A stretch of 64,000 bases of DNA from Candidatus Polarisedimenticolia bacterium. Its GTDB lineage: Bacteria; Chloroflexota; Limnocylindria; Limnocylindrales; CSP1-4. The notes beneath the pieces are model-generated. The model searched no databases. It was not told where the DNA came from and saw only the letters and a program-made list of their open reading frames with translations. The position numbers and the translations under genes are program-made. Location: assembly GCA_035649355.1 (NCBI GenBank), contig DASRJS010000103.1, positions 768 to 64,767 of the forward strand. The letters run 5' to 3'. Below, piece after piece: positions 57,580-64,000 of the stretch (the stretch's first letter is position 1; each line of letters begins with the position of its first letter).

Positions 57580-57674
57580 GGGATTGAGCGAGCCCGAGGA
57601 ACGAGTTCCGCGCTCCCCGGGCTCTCCCCGCGCCGCCCGGCTAGAGGCGGCGAAGGTGCCGCCACGGTAACCCG

Positions 57675-58238
57675 CTAGAGCGGAAGGCGCCCAATCACCT
57701 CGCCGTCGTCGACCTCGCCGGTCGGCTCGAACCCGAAGCCCCGGTAGAACGGCTCCGGGCCGCCCTCGGCCGGCACCCATGACGTCATGAAAGCGGTCGC
57801 GCCGGGCAGCGTCCGAACATGGTCGACGATCAGGCGCAAGGCCGCCTCGCCGAAGCCCAGCCGCTGGAACGGCGCCGCGATCATGAAGCGCCAGAGGAAG
57901 TACTCGGCCTTCGCCTCGTCGATCGAGAGCATCGCGAAGCCGACCGGCACGTTGTCCGCGTAGACGGCCCGCGGCCACGCCTCCGGCGAGTAATGCGCCT
58001 CAGCGAGCGAGACTGCGTTTGGGGCGACGAACCGGTGCTGGCCGGCTCCCACGGCGAGGCGGCAGATCTCGCGGACGGACTCGTGCGTGATCTCGCGCAG
58101 CTCCACGCGCGCGCCGTCCGAAACTGAACGGGGCCGGGGCAGTGCCGCCGTTGCGGCGTCCTGGTGCGATGTCCCCGCCGTCCAGGCGTCGAGCGCGTCG
58201 AAGAGCGGCTGGCTTTGGTCTGGGTTCGGTTCGGTCAT
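57675..58238 (-). CDS. GNAT family N-acetyltransferase
   Basis: FMIAAPFQRLGFGEAALRLIV (acetyl-CoA binding Q/RxxGxG/A motif). ATG 58238 lies 7 nt after the upstream stop. Confidence 0.8.
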   Translation of the reverse strand: MTEPNPDQSQPLFDALDAWTAGTSHQDAATAALPRPRSVSDGARVELREITHESVREICRLAVGAGQHRFVAPNAVSLAEAHYSPEAWPRAVYADNVPVGFAMLSIDEAKAEYFLWRFMIAAPFQRLGFGEAALRLIVDHVRTLPGATAFMTSWVPAEGGPEPFYRGFGFEPTGEVDDGEVIGRLPL

Positions 58239-58245
58239 GACGGGC

Positions 58246-58632
58246 TCATGCTCTCGGTGGCCGGATCTTGATCTGCGCCCGGAGAAGCGCGAGAAGCGCC
58301 GGTGCGCCGGCTTCCTCGAGCGTCCGGACCTTGACGTGGCGGATCTTCTTCCCGGTGCCCTCGACGATGCCGCTGGGATCGGGCAGGTCGGCGCCGTCGG
58401 CGAGCTGGAGGTTGACCCAGCTCTTGTGGCAGATGAGCGCGAACAGCAGGTCACGCATGCCCATCGTCCAGCCGTAGGCGATGAGCTTGTTGCCGAAGTC
58501 CACGCGCTCCTCGGCGGCAGGCGCCTCGGCGCGGATGAGGCGACGTAGCGCGTGCTCGATCGCCTGGAGCTCGGGCGGGTGTTCGTTCAGCAGCCGCGCG
58601 ATGTCCGCCTCGGGTGCGTCGGTGCCGAGCAT
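58246..58632 (-). CDS. DUF1801 (YdhG-like) domain protein
   Basis: 128 aa; ...FGNKLIAYGW...KSWVNLQL...KIRHVKVRTLEE pattern. Its start shares 1 nt with the leuS stop. Confidence 0.65.
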   Translation of the reverse strand: MLGTDAPEADIARLLNEHPPELQAIEHALRRLIRAEAPAAEERVDFGNKLIAYGWTMGMRDLLFALICHKSWVNLQLADGADLPDPSGIVEGTGKKIRHVKVRTLEEAGAPALLALLRAQIKIRPPRA

Positions 58633-61175
58633 CAGCGAAGGACGATGTTGACGAGCTTCCCGCCGCCGGCCTGGATGACGCGATCGGGTGTTCGCCCGCC
58701 AAGCGCGGCCTGGACTTTGTCGCGCGACAGGACCAGCGCTTCGAGGTCGGCCGCGGAGATGCCGACCGGCACTTCAACCCGATCGCGAAGCTTGCCGTTC
58801 ACCTGGACCGGCACCTCGCGCGTCGTCTCGGCGACGGCCGATGTGTCGAGGTCCGGCCATGACTCCGTGTGGATCGACGACCACGGCTGGCCGGCAGCGG
58901 CCTGGCGCCGCGACCACAGCTCCTCGGTGATGTGCGGTGCCGCCGGCGCCAGCATCAGCAGCAGCAGCCGGATCGCCTCGTCCCAGGCCTCGCCGCCGGC
59001 GACCGGTGTGCCGCGGTAGCGGTAGAGCGTGTTCGAGAGCTCCATGAGCTTCGCGATCATCGTGTTGAAGTGGAACGACTCGTAGTCGGTCGTCACGTCG
59101 CGCAGCGTCCTGTGCGCGGCGGCCCGGATGGCCCGGCTCGACGCCGCTGCGTCCTCCCCGGCCGGAAGGTCATCGGCGCCGTCTCGGCGGTCGCGACCCT
59201 GCGCATCGAGCACGAGTGCCCAGACCCGCCGCAGGAATCGGTGGACGCCCTCGATCCCGGTCGTCGTCCACGGCCCACCCTGGTCCCACGGGCCCATGAA
59301 CATCAGGAACAGGCGCACGGTGTCGGCGCCGTACGACGCGACGAGGTCGTCCGGATCGACGGTGTTGCCACGCGACTTCGACATCCGCTCGCCGTCGGTG
59401 CCGAGGATCTGGCCCTGGTTGAACACCCGCCGCCACGGCTCGTTCTGCTGGACCAGCCCGAGGTCGCGCATCATCTTCGTCCACTCTCGCGCGTAGAGCA
59501 GGTGCATGACCGCGTGCTCGGCGCCGCCCGTGTACTGCTCGACGGGCGTCCAGCCCTCGACCAGGTCGGGGTCGAACGGGACGTCGTCGCGGTGCGGTGA
59601 CAGGTAGCGATACCAGTACCACGACGAGTCGATGAAGGTGTCCAGCGTGTCGGTCTCGCGACGCGCCGGTTCGCCGCCGATGGGGCAGGCGACGTTCAGG
59701 AAAGCTTCGTCGCGCGTCAGCGGGTTCACGCCGCTCCCGGCGTAGTCCACCTCGTCGGGCAACCGGACCGGCAGGTCCTCCTCCGGGACGGGCACCGTGC
59801 CGTGGACGTCGCAATAGATGATCGGGATGGGCGTGCCCCAGTAGCGCTGCCGGCCGATCACCCAGTCGCGCAACCGATAGGTCACCGCCGCCTTGCCGAG
59901 GCCACGCCTCTCCAGGTCCGCGACGATCCGGCGGCCACCCTCGTCGGCCGCCAGGCCGCTGTACGGGTCGCTGTTCACGAGGACCTCGTCGTCGCTGTGC
60001 GCGACGTACGCGCCCTCGACCTCGGCCGACTCGTCGCCGCGGCGCGCGACGACATGTCGCACGGGCAGCCCGAACTTCTCGGCGAAGCCAAAGTCACGCT
60101 CGTCGTGTGCTGGCACGGCCATGATCGCGCCGGTCCCGTAGCCGCCGAGGACGTAGTCAGCCACGAAGATCGGGATGTGCTCGCCGTTGACCGGGTTGAT
60201 CGCATCGGCGCCGATCGCGACGCCGGTCTTCTCGCGGTCGGTGGACAGGCGCTCGATCTCGGTCCGTGCCCCAGCCTGGGCCACGTAGGCGTCGACCTCG
60301 GCGCGCCGGTCCGGCGCGGTCAGCGTCGCGACGAGCGGGTGCTCAGGCGCGAGGACCATGAACGTCGCCCCGAAGAGCGTGTCCGGCCGGGTCGTGAAGA
60401 CGCGGATCTCGTCGCCGCCCGGCTGATTCGCGTCGCTCGCGCTCGTGAACACGATCTCGCCGCCCTCGGAGCGTCCGATCCAGTTCGTCTGCATCGCCCG
60501 GATCGGGTCCGGGAACTCGATCTCCGAGAAGTCGAGCAGCTCGTCGGCGTACTTCGTGACGCGCAGGTACCACTGCTCGAGCTCGCGCTTCTCGACCTTC
60601 GCGCCGCACCGCCAGCAGCGCCGGTCGACGCCCTCAACCTGCTCACGGGCGAGCGTGCCGTCGTTCGGGCACCAGTCGACGGACGACTTCTGGCGGTACG
60701 CGAGGCCGGCCTTCAGGAACTGCAGGAAGAACCACTGGTTCCAGCGGTAGTACTCGGGATCCGCCGTGACCACCTCGGACTCCCAGTCGAACGTCGCGCC
60801 CATGCTCCGCAGCTGGCGGCGCATGTTGTCGATGTTCTTCATCGTCCACTCGCGCGGATTGATCTTGTTCTTGATCGCCGCGTTCTCGGCCGGCAGTCCG
60901 AACGCGTCGAAGCCGATCGGCAGGAAGACGTTCTTGCCGTGCATCCGCTGGTAGCGCGCGATCGCGTCCGTTGGCGTCTTGATGTACCAGTGGCCGATGT
61001 GCAGGTCGCCCGAGGGGTACGCGAACATCGTCAGCAGGTAGTAGCGCTTGCGCGTGTCCTCGAGCTTCGTCTTGTACAGGCCGAGCTCGTCCCAGCGCGC
61101 CTGCCAGCGCGGCTCGATCGAGGCGGGCTCGTACCGCTCGATCCGGGGCGCGCTGCGTTCCGTGGTCTGGGTCAT
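58632..61175 (-). CDS. leuS: leucine--tRNA ligase
   Basis: PYPSGDLHIGH (HIGH) and KMSKS (RMSKSRGN) motifs, CP1 editing domain; 847 aa. Confidence 0.95.
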   Translation of the reverse strand: MTQTTERSAPRIERYEPASIEPRWQARWDELGLYKTKLEDTRKRYYLLTMFAYPSGDLHIGHWYIKTPTDAIARYQRMHGKNVFLPIGFDAFGLPAENAAIKNKINPREWTMKNIDNMRRQLRSMGATFDWESEVVTADPEYYRWNQWFFLQFLKAGLAYRQKSSVDWCPNDGTLAREQVEGVDRRCWRCGAKVEKRELEQWYLRVTKYADELLDFSEIEFPDPIRAMQTNWIGRSEGGEIVFTSASDANQPGGDEIRVFTTRPDTLFGATFMVLAPEHPLVATLTAPDRRAEVDAYVAQAGARTEIERLSTDREKTGVAIGADAINPVNGEHIPIFVADYVLGGYGTGAIMAVPAHDERDFGFAEKFGLPVRHVVARRGDESAEVEGAYVAHSDDEVLVNSDPYSGLAADEGGRRIVADLERRGLGKAAVTYRLRDWVIGRQRYWGTPIPIIYCDVHGTVPVPEEDLPVRLPDEVDYAGSGVNPLTRDEAFLNVACPIGGEPARRETDTLDTFIDSSWYWYRYLSPHRDDVPFDPDLVEGWTPVEQYTGGAEHAVMHLLYAREWTKMMRDLGLVQQNEPWRRVFNQGQILGTDGERMSKSRGNTVDPDDLVASYGADTVRLFLMFMGPWDQGGPWTTTGIEGVHRFLRRVWALVLDAQGRDRRDGADDLPAGEDAAASSRAIRAAAHRTLRDVTTDYESFHFNTMIAKLMELSNTLYRYRGTPVAGGEAWDEAIRLLLLMLAPAAPHITEELWSRRQAAAGQPWSSIHTESWPDLDTSAVAETTREVPVQVNGKLRDRVEVPVGISAADLEALVLSRDKVQAALGGRTPDRVIQAGGGKLVNIVLR

Positions 61176-61209
61176 CTGCGGGGCGATCCTCTGGCCAGCG
61201 TGGCCGGGT

Positions 61210-61241
61210 ACGAAAGACCCCTCGTTCTCGAACGAGGGGTC
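61210..61241 (-). terminator. strong intrinsic terminator between tRNA-Ala and leuS
   Basis: Perfect 11-bp stem GACCCCTCGTT/AACGAGGGGTC with a 4-nt loop. On the minus strand it is followed by TTTCGT and lies 35 nt upstream of the leuS ATG. Confidence 0.65.
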
Positions 61242-61271
61242 ACAGGATAGCCGCCCACCTTCGTGGGTCGG

Positions 61272-61310
61272 CTACCGAAGGACGAGGTCGAGGCCGAAGA
61301 AGCGGTTCAT
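61272..61310 (-). CDS. candidate 12-codon leader peptide MNRFFGLDLVLR (speculative)
   Basis: ATG 61310 is preceded by GGAG (3-nt spacing). Contains 3 Leu and 2 Phe codons. The TAG stop lies within hairpin 61248-61274, just upstream of the terminator. Confidence 0.3.
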   Translation of the reverse strand: MNRFFGLDLVLR

Positions 61311-61325
61311 CGTCTCCGTGATGGT

Positions 61326-61401
<76 letters not shown>

Positions 61402-61434
61402 ACGCCGGAGCGCGGAGTATAGCGCAGGGTTCCT

Positions 61435-62697
61435 TCACGGCAGGACCCGCAACCGAAGGTGGACGGGCAGGCCGTACTGGCGATTCGTGTCCGAATGGGA
61501 GAGATCGATTCGGATGGCCCAGTCGCCGGCTTGCGGGACCAGCCAGCGGACGACGGTGCGGTTGAGCGAGTCACTCCCGCCCATGTTGCCGACGGTGCTT
61601 GGCTCGGCGCCCGGGAACACGTCCGACTGCTTCGCCCATTGGACGCCCCAGTAGTCGAGCGGCCAGTCCGGGACCTCGATCCGCACGATGTCGCCCTCGT
61701 GGGCGGTGAGGGTCGGGCCGTCCTCGAGCACCGGCCATGAGCCCTGCGGACACTCCTCGCCGTACCAGCTGCCGTCGTTCGTCGACAGGTACACGCCGCA
61801 GCCGACGACCGGAGTGACGTCCGTGCCGTCCGGCCCGATGACATGGATGGGCGGCGGGTCGAACCCCCGGATCCGGATCAGCCAGTAGACCTGCGCCTGG
61901 TGGCCGCCTTCGAAGTTGAGAAGGGCGCGGACATAGACCCGACCGATGCCGACGGACCTGGCGGTGATGTGGTTCTGCTGGGCGATGATCGGATTGTCCG
62001 TGCGATTCGTCGTGAAGCTGGCCCAGTCGGACTGACCCTGGTTGCTGAAGGCGGTCTCCTGGACCGCCGAGTCGCCCTGGGCGGGCGCGGAAACGATGGT
62101 CCAGCGCGTGGCGCAGACATCGCCGCCGATCTGGAACTCGATGTCGCCCTCGAACGGGATCGAGCCGCTCTCATCGAGTCGGAGGAACGACGGCGGCTGG
62201 ACGGCGCCGAACCAGGTGAACGCACCGACCGTGCCCGGGATCGGATCCACGCCCGGCGCGACGAGATTGACGGGCGGCGGGGCGCCGTTGTCCGCTGGCG
62301 CGGCACACGCCACGGCCGGGGTGATCGCCGGAGTCGGCTCGATCGTCGGTCGAGGGGTCTCCGGCGCCTTGGTCTTGTTCGGGCCGACCGTGGCCTCACC
62401 GATGACGGCCCCGGGTGTGGACGTCGGCGTTGGCTCGGCGAGCGCGTTCGCGAGCGCGTTCACGAGGGCGCCACCGAACAGGAGCACGACGAGTCCGAAG
62501 CCGAGGAGCGTCTCGACGCGCGTCCAGCGTGCCCCGCGGGACGTCGCGATCGGCCGGATCTCGAGCTCGGCGCCATCCGCCGAGCGGTCGAGAAGGACGG
62601 CTCGGTCGTCGATCTGGGTCGGCGTCGTCCGGACGGGCCTCGGCACGACCTCGCCGGGCTCGGACGGCTGGCTCTGGTACGGCGGCTGGCGTCGCAT
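61435..62697 (-). CDS. membrane-anchored modular protein of unknown family (2 modules; paralog of 48827..50548)
   Basis: Pro/Arg-rich N-terminus, TM helix LLGFGLVVLLFGGALV, then modules containing IGGDVCATRWTIVS, QVYWLIRIRG, VVGCGVYL and GDWAIRIDLSH..VHLRLRV. These align to modules 2 and 3 of the 48827 protein. Confidence 0.7.
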   Translation of the reverse strand: MRRQPPYQSQPSEPGEVVPRPVRTTPTQIDDRAVLLDRSADGAELEIRPIATSRGARWTRVETLLGFGLVVLLFGGALVNALANALAEPTPTSTPGAVIGEATVGPNKTKAPETPRPTIEPTPAITPAVACAAPADNGAPPPVNLVAPGVDPIPGTVGAFTWFGAVQPPSFLRLDESGSIPFEGDIEFQIGGDVCATRWTIVSAPAQGDSAVQETAFSNQGQSDWASFTTNRTDNPIIAQQNHITARSVGIGRVYVRALLNFEGGHQAQVYWLIRIRGFDPPPIHVIGPDGTDVTPVVGCGVYLSTNDGSWYGEECPQGSWPVLEDGPTLTAHEGDIVRIEVPDWPLDYWGVQWAKQSDVFPGAEPSTVGNMGGSDSLNRTVVRWLVPQAGDWAIRIDLSHSDTNRQYGLPVHLRLRVLP

Positions 62698-62769
62698 CGG
62701 TCCGGGCAGCCTACGGCACGACGATGGTCACGCACCAGCCCTGGCGCCCGCACGTGGCACCATCTCGAC

Positions 62770-63555
62770 GTGGTCGCCCGCGTCGTCGAAACCCCGGCCG
62801 CGGCCAGCCTGCCGGGCGGCCGCGTCGAGTACACGCTCCGCCGGAACCCGCGCTCGCGGACGCTCCGCGTCACGATCGACCCGCGGCGTGGGCTCGTCGT
62901 GTCGATCCCGCCAACGACGCGTCGCGGCTGGGCCCGGCCGGAGGCCAGGGTGGACGGGTTCCTGCGCGAGCGGGAGCGCTGGATCCGGCGTCACCTCGGG
63001 CGTCTCGAGCGTGAGCGCGCGGAGCACGCCGCGCGGGGCGGCCTGACCGAGGGCGCGACGATCCGCTACCGCGGCGCGCCGCACCGGCTCGTCATCGCTC
63101 CGGCGGCGCCGAGCGCGCGTCGATCCACGGTCGCGCGAGAAGGGCTCGACGAGGGCGACGCGCTCGTCGTCAGGCTGGCGTCGCGTGATCGGCGAGGCAT
63201 CGCCGCCGTCCTCGAAGAATGGCTGCGCGCTCGCGCGACCGAGGCGATCAACCGGGCAATCTCGCTCCACGCCGAGGCGCTGCGCGCCACGCCACAGCGC
63301 GTGAGCCTGCGTGACCCGCGAACCCGCTGGGGCAGCGCCTCGCGCGAGGGCGCGCTGTCGTTCTCATGGCGCCTCGTGCTCGCGCCGCCGGAAGCGCTCG
63401 AGACCGTCGTCGTCCACGAGCTCGCCCACCTTCGGGTCTTCGGTCACGGGCCGCGCTTCTGGGCGCTCGTCGCGAGCCAGCGACCGGACCACCTCGAGTG
63501 GCGGCGCTGGCTGCGGCGCCACTCCAACGAGCTCCACCGCGCGCTCGACGACTGA
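62770..63555 (+). CDS. YgjP-like metallopeptidase (DUF45 / M48-related, HExxH)
   Basis: VVVHELAHLRVFGHGPRFW zinc motif; RWGSAS..LSFSWRL typical of DUF45. GTG 62770; the upstream part of ORF 61843.. is antisense to the neighbouring gene. Confidence 0.8.
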   Translation: MVARVVETPAAASLPGGRVEYTLRRNPRSRTLRVTIDPRRGLVVSIPPTTRRGWARPEARVDGFLRERERWIRRHLGRLERERAEHAARGGLTEGATIRYRGAPHRLVIAPAAPSARRSTVAREGLDEGDALVVRLASRDRRGIAAVLEEWLRARATEAINRAISLHAEALRATPQRVSLRDPRTRWGSASREGALSFSWRLVLAPPEALETVVVHELAHLRVFGHGPRFWALVASQRPDHLEWRRWLRRHSNELHRALDD

Positions 63556-63566
63556 TCTCCGGATCG

Positions 63567-63651
63567 TGGTGGGCCGGGGCGGAATCGAACCGCCACAGCC
63601 GAAGGCGAGGGTTTTACAGACCCTTGGGCTCACCACCTGCCCAACCGACCC
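63567..63651 (-). tRNA. tRNA-Tyr (anticodon GUA), type II with long variable arm
   Basis: GGGTCGGTTGGGCAGGTGGTGAGCCC AAGGGT CTGTAAA ACCCT CGCCTTCGGCTGT GGCGGTTCGATTCCGCC CCGGCCCACCA; 85 nt. Confidence 0.9.
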
Positions 63652-63701
63652 ATTCGCCCGGAGATCGCGCGCCGGTCGTCAGGGACGCTCGGCGGTGGAG
63701 A

Positions 63702-63777
63702 TGGTGGAGATGAGGGGACTCGAACCCCTGACCCCCGCGATGCGAACGCGGTGCTCTCCCAGCTGAGCTACATCCCC
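63702..63777 (-). tRNA. tRNA-Ala (anticodon CGC)
   Basis: GGGGATGTAGCTCAGCTGGGAGAGCACCGCGTTCGCATCGCGGGGGTCAGGGGTTCGAGTCCCCTCATCTCCACCA; G3:U70; 76 nt. Confidence 0.92.
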
Positions 63778-63878
63778 ACCGATTCGGTCGCTCACCGGGG
63801 GCGGCGAACCGGCCGCGAAGTGTAGCACGGTGCGGTCGGCGGACCGGCTCGGACGGGCGCCGTCCCTACACTGTCGCG

Positions 63879-64000
63879 ATGTCCAGCGGCCTCCTCCTCG
63901 GGCTCGGCGCGGCGTTCCTGTGGGGCCTCACCGACGTGTCCGCGGCTCTCGCCGGACGCCGCTACGGCAGCCTCCGTGTCGTCGTCTCGACGCAGGTCGT
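63879..64000 (+). CDS. EamA/DMT family transporter, N-terminal fragment (runs off the window edge)
   Basis: MSSGLLLGLGAAFLWGLTDVSAALAGRRYGSLRVVVSTQV... is an EamA-like first TM helix (FLWG motif). Confidence 0.55.
   Translation, partial: MSSGLLLGLGAAFLWGLTDVSAALAGRRYGSLRVVVSTQV

Noticed and set aside
57675-58632. GNAT plus upstream small gene as a GNAT-type toxin-antitoxin pair
   Set aside because: The upstream partner is DUF1801/YdhG-like, not an RHH/DUF1778 antitoxin. The pair is co-directional with, and overlaps, the leuS stop, which looks like ordinary operon trailing genes.
61176-61325. T-box riboswitch upstream of leuS
   Set aside because: The leader is only about 150 nt. It lacks the conserved T-box 14-mer (AAnnnGGGTGGTACCGCG-like), specifier loop and stem I features. 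An alternative leader-peptide hypothesis is reported instead.
63567-63777. tRNA-Tyr/tRNA-Ala cluster as an integration hotspot with a genomic island
   Set aside because: There is no integrase, recombinase, phage or plasmid gene, and no compositional shift in the flanks inside the window. Only a 9-nt tandem duplication is present. Sequence beyond 64000 is not visible.

Overview
High-GC (roughly 70%) chromosomal core segment. Its features fit an Actinomycetota/Chloroflexota-type genome: an OpcA-containing pentose-phosphate operon, several TAnnnT hexamers 6-7 nt before start codons (leaderless-type), and the obg-nadD-rsfS and holA-comEC-comEA/leuS housekeeping blocks. I support about 62 protein-coding genes. 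Three are small genes missing from the ORF track, one is a speculative 12-codon leader ORF, and two are truncated at the window edges. There are 4 tRNAs (Sec-UCA, Ala-GGC, Tyr-GUA, Ala-CGC), several promoters and intrinsic terminators, and a few repeats. I saw no rRNA, CRISPR array, transposase, integrase, or recognisable phage or defence gene. Main blocks: (1) a complete selenocysteine locus, selD <-> tRNA-Sec, SAM-methyltransferase, selA, selB, mobA-like; (2) sbcD plus a membrane-anchored SbcC/Rad50-like ATPase; (3) an 11-gene co-directional minus-strand array, tkt-rpiB-pgi-gnd-zwf-opcA-pgl followed by a hydrolase, GlsB, citrate synthase and a kinase; (4) psuK-psuG; (5) an ABC-2 exporter with two unknown trailing genes; (6) two tandem ECF sigma modules; (7) pyrG, tal, rho, a LysM-M23 peptidase, obg-nadD, rsfS, holA-comEC-comEA and leuS. 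Most interesting observations: a CGNR zinc-finger regulator whose promoter overlaps that of a divergent operon (42-aa membrane peptide, 79-aa protein, 3-blade Trp-rich lectin-like protein); two paralogous membrane-anchored modular proteins of unknown family set among conserved housekeeping genes; a Leu/Phe-rich mini-ORF plus strong terminator just upstream of leuS; a methyltransferase wired between tRNA-Sec and selA; a 155-bp MITE-like inverted-repeat element; and an AT-rich 10-mer recurring in three unrelated intergenic regions. Start codons were set by frame arithmetic from the ORF track plus RBS and homology reasoning. Coordinates of RNA and regulatory features may be off by 1-2 nt.
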